Part shown: positions 47,639-58,271 of the stretch, one piece after another
Layout of the letters: each line of letters starts with the position of its first letter
How positions within the stretch are numbered: the first letter of the stretch is position 1
DNA from: Nitrosopumilus sp.
Lineage (GTDB): Archaea > Thermoproteota > Nitrososphaeria > Nitrososphaerales > Nitrosopumilaceae
DNA length: 64,000 nucleotides
Reading direction: 5' to 3'
NCBI GenBank assembly: GCA_965206745.1
Contig: OZ242220.1
Location: 1,344,001-1,408,000 of the forward strand
Position numbers and translations under genes: made by a program
The notes under the pieces: generated by a model
Told to the model about the DNA's origin: nothing
Seen by the model: only the letters and a program-made list of their open reading frames with translations
Database searches by the model: none

Positions 47639-50600
47639 TAGATCTTCTCCTTGATCAGTAATCTTGGTGCAACGTTAAGACTTTGCATTTCTTGTAATAA
47701 TAGCTTAAACGCATATGCTACAGACACAGAGGATACCTTGGCTTTGTCACCGCAAACTCGGCAGACATACTTTCTCTGTTTGACATCATGATATGCCACC
47801 AATCCACACCTTTCACATACAAAAATATCAGACTTGTCAGATTCATCTAACAGCCTGTCTTTGAGAATCATCGATGCACCATAGGCAATCAAACAGTCCC
47901 TTTCCATCTCACCGAATCTCAATCCTCCACCCCTTGCTCTTCCTTCGGTGGGCTGCTTGGTTAACATCTGGACCTGTCCTCGAGCTCTTGCATGGATTTT
48001 GTCTGCAACCATATGATGCAGTTTCTGGTAATATACCACTCCAATGAAGACATCCACTGGGAATGATTTTCCAGTCCTCCCATCATACATTGTTTCCTTG
48101 CCAGAATATTCAAAACCGTGTGCATCCATTACTTCTTTGACTTCAGGCATCTTCTCTCCAACAAATGCAGAGCCGTCAAATCTTTTTCCACGTAATGCGG
48201 CTGCCTTGCCACAAACAGATTCCATCATCATGCCAACTGTCATTCTAGAAGGGAACGCATGCGGATTAATCAAGATATCAGGGGACACCCCATCTGCAGT
48301 ATATGGCAAATCTTCGGCTTTAGCTAAAATACCCAATACGCCTTTTTGGCCGTGCCTTGATGCAAATTTGTCACCAATTTCAGGAACTCTCATATCTCTT
48401 GCTCGAATCTTGTACATCTTTCCTCCTTCATTTGATTGAGTCATAACTACGGTGTCTATAACTCCGGTCTCAGAGGGTCTCACGCCAATTGAGGTATCTC
48501 GCCTGTATGGGCCAGAGGATTCAAATTCCCTGTACTCTTCCATAAATCTTGGAGGGCTGGTCTTTCCAATCAAAATATCTCCGCCCTTGACAGGGGATTC
48601 AGATGCAACCACACCGTCATCTTCAAGCAGTCTGTATGCACGCTCACCCTTGTAGCCTCTGATGTTATCCTCGGCATTTGGAATTTCAAAGGTATCGCGC
48701 ATTCCGCCCGGATACTGCTTTGCTTCAGCATCGTAAATTCTAAAGAAGAAGGTCCTGCCCAGTCCACGATCAACGGATGATTTGCTCAACACGATGGCAT
48801 CCTCGATGTTATAACCATCAAACGGCAATACTGCAACAATACAATTCTGTCCTGCAGGCCTGTCTTCCAATCCCAAAAGCTTCATTGCTTTTGTGTTGAC
48901 AATTGGAACCTGGGGATACAACATGAGGTGTTGTCGGACATAGGTACTGGTATTCATCATGGGTGTCGAAAATCCAAGACTTTGCTTGGCCATTGCAGAT
49001 TCGTAAGTGTTCCTCGGGGATTGGTTATGTTCAGGATATGGAATTATAGAAGCGCCTGCACCCAGTATTGATGGCGGGAACACCTCCAAGTGAGTGTGTT
49101 TCTTTGTGTCCTTTTCATCCAAAGTGACATAGCAATTTTCTTCCTCATTTGCGTCAATTACCTCCAATATTCCCATCCTCAAAAGATCGGTCCAAGAAAG
49201 TAGCTTTTTTGAAATCTTGTCTAGTAATTCTGCAGTCAGCAATGATTTGTTGTCTGTGATAATAATTAACGGGCGCAGCACCCTGCCTGCATTGCAGTTA
49301 ACATACAGCCTTCTTGTTGAGCCTTCAATCTCTGATTTGTGGAACGATACTCCAACGTGCGGATGAATTTTTGAGTTTCTTCTTAACTCCCTAAGGGACT
49401 GTGCTAACTCTCCACCATCCTTGGAATATCCAATTAATCTGCCATCGACGAAGATTCTAGTTCCGTCTTTTTTCAGATCCTCTTTTGCTTCAAAGAAATG
49501 AACGGTTCCAAGATCAAAGAGTTTTTCTATAATCTCTTCAGATGGGACATTTACTGAAATGATTCCAGAGAGGGCAAGATTCTTCACCAAACCACAGTTT
49601 GAGCCCTCTGGGGTCTCACTTGGACAGATTCGTCCAAAGTGAGTCGCATGCAGATCTCTTGCTTCAAAGTTTGGCTGGGTCCTACTCAGGGGGGATTGGA
49701 TTCTTCTAAGATGACTGATCGTTGAAAGATAGTTGGTTCGATCAAGTAGCTGGGTAACACCCACACGGCCCCTTCCCCAATTTCCGGTTGCAATTGCATT
49801 GTTTAGTTTGTCAGTAATGATGCCAGGACGAATTGCTGCGGCAACTGCATTGATTCCACGCTTTTGGCCAGAGCGCTCTAATTGATACTTCATATCCCTG
49901 ACCAGATTTCTAAATGCAGTTCTAAACAGATCTGCCAGCATTTGTCCTGCAAATTTGATTACCTTATTTCCATAATGATCTTTGTCGTCAGGGGCAATCC
50001 AGCCTAGTTTTAATTCCAATAACTTGCAAGCGGCCTCACCTAAGAATTGAGCCTTTTCTTTTCTGTTTTCAGGGTGTTTGCCCAGATGAGGCAAGAGTCC
50101 CCAATCCAGTAATGTCTCAGCCCGTTTTATCTGGAATTCCTCCAACATTCCAGGCGCAATTCTCTTACTGATATAGACAATGGCATCTTTTGAGGTTGGC
50201 ACGTCGCCAGCTTTTTCAAAAGAGCCTTCTAACTCATCCTGAATTTCATCAACCAATGAGACTACAGATGCGATTTCTCTATCGGATTCCAATCCAAGTG
50301 CCCTCATCAATGTGACGACAGGGATATCCACAGGAGAGCCAGGGATTCTTGCAACGATTAATCCGTCATTTTTCATCACAAGCTCTAGCTTTGCACGATA
50401 GCCTACAATCGAAGAATACACCTTAGCTTTGAAAACAATGTTTCCGCCCAGAGTCTCCCTATCAACAATTATTTTGTTGTATGAGAGATCCTCTAGTCCA
50501 ACAATTACACGTTCTGAACCATTGATGATAAAGTAACCGCCGGGATCACTTGGATCCTCCCCATGTTCAATTAGTTTTTGAGTGGAAAAATTATGCAAGA

Positions 50601-50985
50601 TGCATGCATTTGATTTTGCCATAACTGGTACATCGCCAATATGTACAAACTTTGATTCTAAAATTTTTCCATCCTCTACGACACTAGCTTCCATCATGAC
50701 CGGTGCTGAATAAGATACATTTCTCAGCCTTGCCTCAGCAGGGGTAATGTGGGTGATGGAACCGTCAAGCTCCATCATTCTGGGTTGTTGGAGTTTTACC
50801 TTGCCTAGTTGGATCTTGTAAGGATATTCTGCATTTTCAATATCAATTTGTGCAACCTCATTAATGATACTCTGAAGCCCTCTTTCTAGAAACTCATCAA
50901 ATGAATTTAGATGCTGACGTGCAATGCCCTCACGTTTTAAAATATCCTGAATTATCGGCCAGCGTTTAGTTGAAGGATGCACCAT
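47638..50985 (-). CDS. rpoB: DNA-directed RNA polymerase subunit Rpo2 (B, unsplit)
   Basis: GGYFIINGSER, ETPEG, GDKFASRHGQKG, GGLRFGEMERDC. Confidence 0.99.
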   Translation of the reverse strand: MVHPSTKRWPIIQDILKREGIARQHLNSFDEFLERGLQSIINEVAQIDIENAEYPYKIQLGKVKLQQPRMMELDGSITHITPAEARLRNVSYSAPVMMEASVVEDGKILESKFVHIGDVPVMAKSNACILHNFSTQKLIEHGEDPSDPGGYFIINGSERVIVGLEDLSYNKIIVDRETLGGNIVFKAKVYSSIVGYRAKLELVMKNDGLIVARIPGSPVDIPVVTLMRALGLESDREIASVVSLVDEIQDELEGSFEKAGDVPTSKDAIVYISKRIAPGMLEEFQIKRAETLLDWGLLPHLGKHPENRKEKAQFLGEAACKLLELKLGWIAPDDKDHYGNKVIKFAGQMLADLFRTAFRNLVRDMKYQLERSGQKRGINAVAAAIRPGIITDKLNNAIATGNWGRGRVGVTQLLDRTNYLSTISHLRRIQSPLSRTQPNFEARDLHATHFGRICPSETPEGSNCGLVKNLALSGIISVNVPSEEIIEKLFDLGTVHFFEAKEDLKKDGTRIFVDGRLIGYSKDGGELAQSLRELRRNSKIHPHVGVSFHKSEIEGSTRRLYVNCNAGRVLRPLIIITDNKSLLTAELLDKISKKLLSWTDLLRMGILEVIDANEEENCYVTLDEKDTKKHTHLEVFPPSILGAGASIIPYPEHNQSPRNTYESAMAKQSLGFSTPMMNTSTYVRQHLMLYPQVPIVNTKAMKLLGLEDRPAGQNCIVAVLPFDGYNIEDAIVLSKSSVDRGLGRTFFFRIYDAEAKQYPGGMRDTFEIPNAEDNIRGYKGERAYRLLEDDGVVASESPVKGGDILIGKTSPPRFMEEYREFESSGPYRRDTSIGVRPSETGVIDTVVMTQSNEGGKMYKIRARDMRVPEIGDKFASRHGQKGVLGILAKAEDLPYTADGVSPDILINPHAFPSRMTVGMMMESVCGKAAALRGKRFDGSAFVGEKMPEVKEVMDAHGFEYSGKETMYDGRTGKSFPVDVFIGVVYYQKLHHMVADKIHARARGQVQMLTKQPTEGRARGGGLRFGEMERDCLIAYGASMILKDRLLDESDKSDIFVCERCGLVAYHDVKQRKYVCRVCGDKAKVSSVSVAYAFKLLLQEMQSLNVAPRLLIKEKI

Positions 50986-51236
50986 TAGATCTCCACCACA
51001 TATCGATAATAGAGACTTTCGCCAGCAGTTGAACTTGTTCTAGTGATCTTTATCATATCGCCAGGCTTTACGCCAAGTCCCAAAATTGCAGGATCGTTGG
51101 CAAAGATTAGGGGTAATTCGGTGGGCTTGCAGTTGTATTTTTTCAAAACTTCCTCAGCCTCGTGTTTGGCAATGATCTCATGCTTTGGAACATAGATATG
51201 ATCGGGCACTAAAACTTGGTTTTTCTTGATTGCCAT
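50985..51236 (-). CDS. rpoH: DNA-directed RNA polymerase subunit Rpo5 (H)
   Basis: HIYVPKHE, LP, DP, S.TAG...YYR.V. Confidence 0.97.
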   Translation of the reverse strand: MAIKKNQVLVPDHIYVPKHEIIAKHEAEEVLKKYNCKPTELPLIFANDPAILGLGVKPGDMIKITRTSSTAGESLYYRYVVEI

Positions 51237-51416
51237 CTACAGAACCTCCACGTGAAACATTACATGTAACAGAAATAATACACACAAACTGTCAAAAATT
51301 CACGCTCGGGTTAATATATATGTAATTTGAATTTTGCCGAAAAAACTGTTTTTTTTTCTACTTTGTCAATAAATTTTTTCGCAACCTTAAATAGTAGAAA
51401 TTTAGGCGTAAAAACA

Positions 51417-52253
51417 ATGAAAGCTCATCTAACGGTGTTTGCCCTATCTGCAATTATGATTGCAAGTATGGGTTTAGCGCCTGCATTTGGACAGATTGTA
51501 AGCTCAATTGATGTTACTACGGACAAGTCTTCATACGAAGAAGGCGAGACAATCCTAGTAACAGGAACCGTAAGAGAACGATACTCTGGTACTCCAGTAA
51601 GCGTAATTGTTAAGGCTCCCAATGGGAATTTGGTGTATCTTGCACAACCCACAGTAGGAGATGATAAGAAATTCAGTGCTGAACTGACTGCTGGTGGAGG
51701 ACTAATGAAGGTGGAAGGCTCATACATAGTCGAAGTCCAGTATGGATCAGAAAATCGTTCGGCAGAGACAACATTTGCATATAGTGGATCTGAAGTACGA
51801 GTCCCAATCACATTCCCTCCAGGAGTGACGGATAAGACGATCAAAATCGACGGATCCGACGATCTGCTAACATATGAGATAATAGGAGGAAAAATAACAA
51901 GCATCGCGCCTTATGTGGAAGGAAATTCACTAGTCATAGGCATAGAGGCTACAGATGATGGTACATTAACCATCACAATCCCCAAATCAGTGTTAGTAGC
52001 AGAAACTGATGGTGTAGACGATAGCCTGATCATCTTAATTGACGATGAAGAAGGAGAATTTGATGAAGTAATAACATCAACAGGCAGAACGCTCACTATA
52101 CCATTCCCAGTAGGTTCTGAGACGATCGAAATCATCGGTACATGGGTGATTCCAGAATTTGGTACAATTGCAGCTATGATTCTAGCAGTGGCAATTATCT
52201 CGATAATTGCAATATCTGCAAGATCAAGACTTAGTATTATACCAAGATACTAA
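51417..52253 (+). CDS. PEFG-CTERM surface protein 1
   Basis: Signal peptide, Ig-like domains, C-terminal IPEFG-TM-basic tail; ATG 51417 preferred. Confidence 0.92.
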   Translation: MKAHLTVFALSAIMIASMGLAPAFGQIVSSIDVTTDKSSYEEGETILVTGTVRERYSGTPVSVIVKAPNGNLVYLAQPTVGDDKKFSAELTAGGGLMKVEGSYIVEVQYGSENRSAETTFAYSGSEVRVPITFPPGVTDKTIKIDGSDDLLTYEIIGGKITSIAPYVEGNSLVIGIEATDDGTLTITIPKSVLVAETDGVDDSLIILIDDEEGEFDEVITSTGRTLTIPFPVGSETIEIIGTWVIPEFGTIAAMILAVAIISIIAISARSRLSIIPRY

Positions 52254-52260
52254 ATTTCAT

Positions 52261-52291
52261 CTTTTTTCTATTTTTGAATATACATAAATAG
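52261..52291 (+). terminator. oligo-T terminator plus TATA-like element, duplicated at 53189-53219
   Basis: CTTTTTTCTATTTTT(G/A)AATATACATAAATAG, 30/31 identical, each ending about 23 bp before the next ATG. Confidence 0.6.
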
Positions 52292-52313
52292 CAATAATGT
52301 TGGTAAAAATCAG

Positions 52314-53180
52314 ATGAATTTTAAACGTTCTACAACATCTATGGCAATAGCCCTCATGGCATTGTCATTAGTTTCAATGACCTCAATTCAGCAAGATGCT
52401 TTTGCGCAACAAAATCAAGGAATGTCGATCACGGCAATCGCCGACAGAGGCTCAGACACAATTACCATTAATGGTAAAACAGTTTCAAGCCTTACAGATG
52501 TTACATTTAGAGTGACAACTCCAAGTGGAAACAATGTGGCAGCCATCGGTCAACTTACACCAGATGATGAGGGTGATTTTGTAACAGAGTTTAGAATCGG
52601 ACCTACATGGAACGAGGACGGATTATACAAGATTACAGCAATGCAGGGTATAGGGAGTAATTCATTATACACACTAAATGTTCTTGTTGAAGTGGTAAAC
52701 GGCATAGTGACTGAAAGAACTTCCGTAACAGAATCAAACATGAATGCGATATTCAAACCAAATGAAAACAATGTTGCAACAGATGCAGGAATCACACTCG
52801 ATCAAATGGAAATCGTGAATGGTTCTACAATGTTTGAGGTTACCGGAACAACTGACAGAATAAGTCAAGATATCACAATAACTGTATCTGCACCAAATGG
52901 AAATAGAGTAGCAGTTGATCAGATATCACCAAACCTTGACGGAAAATTTGCTGCAGAGATTATCGTGGGAGGATCATTATGGAAAGAAGATGGTTTTTAC
53001 ACCGTAATTGTACAACAATCTGAAGATCCAAAATATACTGCTTCAACTAAAGTGGACATATTGGATGGTAAAGTAGTACCAGAATTCGGTACAATCGCAG
53101 CTATGATTCTAGCAGTGGCAATTATCTCAATAATTGCAATATCTGCAAGGTCAAGACTTAGCATTATTCCAAGATACTAA
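52314..53180 (+). CDS. PEFG-CTERM surface protein 2
   Basis: Signal peptide, two PxGN..Q..P..W..DG.Y domains, VPEFG tail. Confidence 0.92.
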   Translation: MNFKRSTTSMAIALMALSLVSMTSIQQDAFAQQNQGMSITAIADRGSDTITINGKTVSSLTDVTFRVTTPSGNNVAAIGQLTPDDEGDFVTEFRIGPTWNEDGLYKITAMQGIGSNSLYTLNVLVEVVNGIVTERTSVTESNMNAIFKPNENNVATDAGITLDQMEIVNGSTMFEVTGTTDRISQDITITVSAPNGNRVAVDQISPNLDGKFAAEIIVGGSLWKEDGFYTVIVQQSEDPKYTASTKVDILDGKVVPEFGTIAAMILAVAIISIIAISARSRLSIIPRY

Positions 53181-53242
53181 GTTCACAACTTTTTTCTATT
53201 TTTAAATATACATAAATAGAGACAGGTATAAATCGCATCAAG

Positions 53243-54127
53243 ATGAACAACCGTACGTCGTTCGCGTTACTAGCCTTATTGACTGCAGTCGGCGCTGTAA
53301 CCATGACAGCAGCATATGCTCAGGAAGATATTCCAGAAGCATGTGTAGGGTGTACCATAGAGGATGCAAGGGCAATAGCAAATCAAGCATTGCTTGGAGA
53401 CATCCCAATATCTGTTTGGACAGACAAGACAGAGTATGGTCACAATGACATGATTATAGTGCAAGGCCAAGTAGCAAATGTAGCTTCTGGATTTCCAGTT
53501 ACATTAACTGTTGTTAGTCCATTAAACTCCATTGTTAGAATTGATCAACTCAATGTAGCACAAGATGGTAGTTTTGAGACAGCAATAAACACAGCAGGTG
53601 CAATCTGGAAATACGACGGTACCTACACCGTTAAAGTAAACTATGGTAGCACTGAAAAAAGTAACAGTGCCCAAGTTAAACTAACCGGTGGAGTTGTACA
53701 CGTACCAATCTACGAAACACCAGACAAACAATGTGGTGATGGTGATCTGCAAGTAGCTGATCAATGTATACCATTTAGCATCACAGGTGGAATGGTAACA
53801 GGTACAACTCTCATATCTGGTGATAATGGTTCAATTATCATCAGTATCAACGCTGAAAATGACGGAACATTAACAGTAACCCCATCAGAGACAACCATAC
53901 GAGGTATCCAATTGATACTAGTGGATGGTGAACAATGGGATGATGTTGAGATTGTTGGAAACAAAATAACAGTAATGTTCCTAGCAGGCGCTGAGACAAT
54001 TGAAATAGTAGGTACCTATGTGATTCCAGAATTTGGAACAATCGCAGCTATGATTCTAGCAGTGGCAATTATCTCGATAATTGCAATATCTGCAAGATCA
54101 AAACTCAGTATTGTACCAAGATACTAA
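53243..54127 (+). CDS. PEFG-CTERM surface protein 3
   Basis: Signal peptide, CVGC, WKYDGTY, IPEFG tail. Confidence 0.92.
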   Translation: MNNRTSFALLALLTAVGAVTMTAAYAQEDIPEACVGCTIEDARAIANQALLGDIPISVWTDKTEYGHNDMIIVQGQVANVASGFPVTLTVVSPLNSIVRIDQLNVAQDGSFETAINTAGAIWKYDGTYTVKVNYGSTEKSNSAQVKLTGGVVHVPIYETPDKQCGDGDLQVADQCIPFSITGGMVTGTTLISGDNGSIIISINAENDGTLTVTPSETTIRGIQLILVDGEQWDDVEIVGNKITVMFLAGAETIEIVGTYVIPEFGTIAAMILAVAIISIIAISARSKLSIVPRY

Positions 54128-54187
54128 AAATCACACAACTTTTTTCATTTTTTCATTTTAGTAGTAAAGAAAATATACAAACAAGTA

Positions 54188-55000
54188 TTGGTTAATCGTG
54201 TGGATTTAAAAATACTTTATGGCCTAATACTGATACTTGCGATTTCTGCCGTACCCGTATCTGCACAGCAATCATTAATTTCAGTTCAAACAAATGATAA
54301 GAATTATGAAGAAAAAGACATAATTGTAATTTCAGGCACCGTGAACATCATAGTTGGAGAAACACCAGTAGTGTTACAAATATTTTCTGAAGGAAATAGG
54401 GTAGAAATTGCACAACTTACAGTGGCACAAGACGGGAGTTATTCACACACAGTAATTGCAGAGGGCCCGAGATGGCAAAAATCAGGCGATTATAGAGTCA
54501 GCACCTCATATGGTGAAGGAAATATTGTGGAAACAGAGTTCAGATATTCTCTAAAATCAGATGCAATTTCAACTAAAATTTTTGAAGTCGATGCTGGAAG
54601 TTATGGGACTTTTGATGTAAAACATACCATCATAGGAGCCACAATCAAAGACATAAAGGTAGATCAGAAGAACTTGGGACTGGTAGTTCAAATCGAGTCC
54701 ACAGATGAGGGATCAATCACATTAGAGTTGCCAAGGGAATTCATAGGTGCTAACACAAAAGACGATAAGGACGAAAAATTCATAATCCTGATAGACACGA
54801 TTCCGGTGGACTATGAAGAGGAAGGAACATCTGCAGATATCAGAACCATCACAATTGAATTTGAGCAAGGGGATTCAGACATTCAGATTATCGGAACTTA
54901 TGTTATGCCAGAATTCGGGGCAATAGTAATGGTGATTTTAATCGTCGGAATCATGGCCACAGTTTTAGCTGCAAGAAGCAAACTTCAAATGAACATCTAG
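54188..55000 (+). CDS. PEFG-CTERM surface protein 4
   Basis: Signal peptide, MPEFG-TM-ARSK tail (divergent from the other three). Confidence 0.9.
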   Translation: MVNRVDLKILYGLILILAISAVPVSAQQSLISVQTNDKNYEEKDIIVISGTVNIIVGETPVVLQIFSEGNRVEIAQLTVAQDGSYSHTVIAEGPRWQKSGDYRVSTSYGEGNIVETEFRYSLKSDAISTKIFEVDAGSYGTFDVKHTIIGATIKDIKVDQKNLGLVVQIESTDEGSITLELPREFIGANTKDDKDEKFIILIDTIPVDYEEEGTSADIRTITIEFEQGDSDIQIIGTYVMPEFGAIVMVILIVGIMATVLAARSKLQMNI

Positions 55001-56166
55001 GTCGTAGAATCAAAGGAATACTTTTCTTTGAACGGGGAGAACGAGCGCAATTCTCTAACGATTTTTTTCAAAGAGTCAACTGTTTGATCAATCTCTTGCT
55101 CGCTGTTGAATATCCCCAGAGTCAACCTTAGGGAACCGGTAATTTGTTCGTGTGAGAATCCCATTGCTTGCAACACATGTGAGGCCCGTTGGGTGTTTAC
55201 AGAACATGCAGAGCCAGTGGATGCGGCAATCCCATATTCATCAAGTTTGATGATGAGATCTTCTCCATTCACACCAAGAAATGTAAAATGCGCATTATTG
55301 GGCAATCTTGATTGAGGGTCACCGTTGAGGGTGGCTACAGGAATTTCGTGCAATATTTTTTCAACTAGGGTATCCCGGAGTTTTCTCACACGAGTCATAT
55401 TTTCATCAAGGTTATTTTTTGCAATTTCACAGGCCTTGCCAAATCCCACAATATTTGCAACATTTTCAGTTCCAGAACGCAGTCCATCCTCTTGCCCTCC
55501 ACCCAACATCATGGGATCTATCTTTATCCCGTCTTTGATGTATAATGCGCCTACTCCCTTTGGACCGTGAAGTTTGTGGGAAGAGATGGACAGTAAATCT
55601 ATGCCCAACTCTTTTACGTCAATTGGGATCTTGCCCACAGCCTGAATGGCATCGGTATGAAATGGGACATTCATCTCACGGCATATTTTGGTAAATTGTG
55701 AGATCGGCTGGATTGTGCCCACCTCATTGTTTCCAAACATGATTGAGACAAGGCACGTGCTATCAGATATGTGGTTTTTCAGCTCCTTGGGATCCACAGT
55801 CCCAAAGGAATCGACTGGCAGATAATCAACATGAAGGCCATCCTGGAGAAGCCTCTTGCAAGGCTCTAAAATTGCATCATGCTCAATTGATGATGTGATT
55901 ATTTGCCTGGAGGCGTCATTTTGAGATATGCCTCCAAGTACAGTATTGTTTGACTCGGTCCCTCCAGATGTAATTAGAATTTCAGAGGGCTCAGCATTAA
56001 TCAATGATGCAATCTGTTTTCTGGATTTTTCAATTGCTTTTCGTGCCAATCGGCCATATCTGTGAATCGAAGATGCATTGCCATACTGTTCCTTAAGATA
56101 AGGCAGCATTGAATCTAAGACATCTTGATGAATTTGGGTGGATGCGGCATTGTCAAGATAAATCAA
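54997..56166 (-). CDS. iscS: cysteine desulfurase (IscS/NifS type)
   Basis: YLDNAAST, SGGTESNN, SSHKLHGPKGVG, RSGTEN, STGSACS. Confidence 0.95.
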   Translation of the reverse strand: MIYLDNAASTQIHQDVLDSMLPYLKEQYGNASSIHRYGRLARKAIEKSRKQIASLINAEPSEILITSGGTESNNTVLGGISQNDASRQIITSSIEHDAILEPCKRLLQDGLHVDYLPVDSFGTVDPKELKNHISDSTCLVSIMFGNNEVGTIQPISQFTKICREMNVPFHTDAIQAVGKIPIDVKELGIDLLSISSHKLHGPKGVGALYIKDGIKIDPMMLGGGQEDGLRSGTENVANIVGFGKACEIAKNNLDENMTRVRKLRDTLVEKILHEIPVATLNGDPQSRLPNNAHFTFLGVNGEDLIIKLDEYGIAASTGSACSVNTQRASHVLQAMGFSHEQITGSLRLTLGIFNSEQEIDQTVDSLKKIVRELRSFSPFKEKYSFDSTT

Positions 56167-56960
56167 TCTGCAATCACATTAATTTTTCCGGGCTTGTAGC
56201 CTTCCTGATCAACTTGAACCGAAGTAAAACCAATCATCTTTAATCTTTGAGTGATTTGCTTTAAGACAGATTCGTCAAATCGAGACAGCATGTGTTTTTC
56301 AACCTCAATTTTTGCAGAGCCGTTCATATCACGGACCCGAACCTGCTTTGCCCGGGTAAGCTGTTTGACAATGGTTTCACCTAATTCAATCCGAGTCAAT
56401 TTTTCAGCAGTGACCCTTTGACCCCAGGGAATTCTTGATGCCAAGCAGGAATTTGACGGTTTGTCATATACGGACAATCCGACTGTTTTGGCAGTCTCCC
56501 GGATTTGGGATTTTGAAAAGTTCGTCTCTACAAGGGGGCTTTTAATTCCATGCTGCTTTAATGCCTCAATTCCGGGCCGGTAATCACCCAAGTCATCAAG
56601 GTTTGTTCCATCAACTAGAATCTCCACATTGTACTCTTTTGCCAGCCTCACCAGATGCTTGCCCAACTCCATTCTGCAATGAAAGCAGCGATCTGAGTCA
56701 TTTTTTATAAAATCTTCATTTTCAAGTTCGCTATAGTCCAAGAAGAGTTGGGTGATGCCAATCTCAGAGCAGATTTGCCTAGCTGTTTCGAGTTCTTCTT
56801 TAGACAGGGTTTTGTAATCTGCAGTTACAGCGATGGCAGAACTGCCTAATTTTTGAAATGCAGCGTATGCAACAAGTGCACTGTCAACCCCCCCAGAAAG
56901 GGCAATCATAACTCTGTCCTTGTCCCCAAACCAATCAACAAGTTCATCAAGTTTTGTCAT
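56163..56960 (-). CDS. larE: ATP-dependent sulfur transferase LarE (CxxC...C, Fe-S type)
   Basis: SGGVDS PP-loop, RCFHCR, DGTNLDD, YRPG, SCLASRIP, VRVR. Confidence 0.93.
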   Translation of the reverse strand: MTKLDELVDWFGDKDRVMIALSGGVDSALVAYAAFQKLGSSAIAVTADYKTLSKEELETARQICSEIGITQLFLDYSELENEDFIKNDSDRCFHCRMELGKHLVRLAKEYNVEILVDGTNLDDLGDYRPGIEALKQHGIKSPLVETNFSKSQIRETAKTVGLSVYDKPSNSCLASRIPWGQRVTAEKLTRIELGETIVKQLTRAKQVRVRDMNGSAKIEVEKHMLSRFDESVLKQITQRLKMIGFTSVQVDQEGYKPGKINVIAD

Positions 56961-58182
56961 TTGTAACCTCCAATTTTTCGATCTCTCGCCTTAACAATGC
57001 TTCTGTCCCTTTGATTGACTTGCCAATAACATCAGATATCCTCCTTAGATCGTCAAACTCTATTTTAAAATCAGTCTTTCCTTTAAAGTGGGATTTTTTA
57101 TAGCGGACCTGAAAAGGGACGCCGTTCAAACTTACAGAAACACCATGGCTGGATCTAGGAACGATCAGTCGATTCGAGTCAGATATTCTAATTCCCAAGG
57201 TTCCAGTCTCCAACACTAGTGCATCTGCAATATCATCAACGACCTTGTCAGTGCACATTACAGATACGAGGTTTGTAGGCCTGCCTTTTTTTGTGATTCC
57301 ATGATAAATTGATACGTCCAGTGCGCCTTTTTCCATAATTTTCTCGATCAGATTTCCCAGAATTTCCCCAGATACATCATCCACATTCGTTTCAAGTATT
57401 TTTACAGAATCGGTTTCAAAGTTACTTTCTGAGCCCCTAACAACTTTTAAGACATTAGAAAAAGTTTCAAAATTCTTTTGTCCTGCACCGTAACCTACAG
57501 ATGTAACCTTCATCAGGGGGTAATACCTTGCAGACTCGCCAGCCAAATTCACTAAAATACAGGCACCTGTGGGAGTGACGAGTTCTTCATCAGCGTCATT
57601 TCCTTTGATTATCAAGGATGAGTTTTTGAGAATTTCAAGAATCGCACTTGCAGGATTTGACATCGTACCATGGGAGAATTTTACAGAGCCACCTCCAACT
57701 GCAATTGGCAGACAGATAACTTTCTCCTCAAAGAGCCCCAAATCTTCTAGTGCGATGGTAGTTCCAACAATATCAACCAGGGTATCGATGCTTGAGGCCT
57801 CATGAAAATGAACGGACTCGGGTGGGATCCCGTGTATTTTGGACTCTGAAGAAATCAGGGTGTCAATACACGATACGGCAAACAATCTTGCTCTTTCTGA
57901 GAGGTTGATCTCTTGTACAGACTGGATGATCGCATTCTTGATTTCAGAGCCCTTTCTCTCAGCAACAACTTCATCAACATCTAAAATCAGCTGGAGTGAC
58001 TGGACTTTGTGTTTTTGAATTTTTTCAAAATCAATTTTTTTTATAGTAGAGTTTGCAAGAAATTTTTCAGATTCTTTGATTCCGGCAATTATCTTATTTT
58101 TATCAGCGCCAAGATCCACCAACGAGCAAAGGAGCATGTCGCCAGACAGGCCAGCAATTTGAGGATCTATTACGACGACCAT
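56947..58182 (-). CDS. larC: nickel-pincer cofactor nickel insertase LarC
   Basis: AGLSGDMLL..L.DLG, HFHE, ELVTPTGA, GYGAG, ETNVDD, KKGRP, ETGTLGIR. Confidence 0.94.
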   Translation of the reverse strand: MVVVIDPQIAGLSGDMLLCSLVDLGADKNKIIAGIKESEKFLANSTIKKIDFEKIQKHKVQSLQLILDVDEVVAERKGSEIKNAIIQSVQEINLSERARLFAVSCIDTLISSESKIHGIPPESVHFHEASSIDTLVDIVGTTIALEDLGLFEEKVICLPIAVGGGSVKFSHGTMSNPASAILEILKNSSLIIKGNDADEELVTPTGACILVNLAGESARYYPLMKVTSVGYGAGQKNFETFSNVLKVVRGSESNFETDSVKILETNVDDVSGEILGNLIEKIMEKGALDVSIYHGITKKGRPTNLVSVMCTDKVVDDIADALVLETGTLGIRISDSNRLIVPRSSHGVSVSLNGVPFQVRYKKSHFKGKTDFKIEFDDLRRISDVIGKSIKGTEALLRREIEKLEVTNDKT

Positions 58183-58271
58183 GATTGAAAACTGTCAAAA
58201 ATGCTTATAAATTCGACTAATATCTCACAAATTTCATTAGATTTAATTATTGAAAATCAGCACCGATTCTC

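Larger units (their letters stand above)
52152..54127 (+). repeat. three 102-bp near-identical copies of the PEFG-CTERM coding tail (52152-52253, 53079-53180, 54026-54127)
   Basis: Manual alignment: 6 and 5 mismatches of copies 2 and 3 versus copy 1. Confidence 0.92.
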
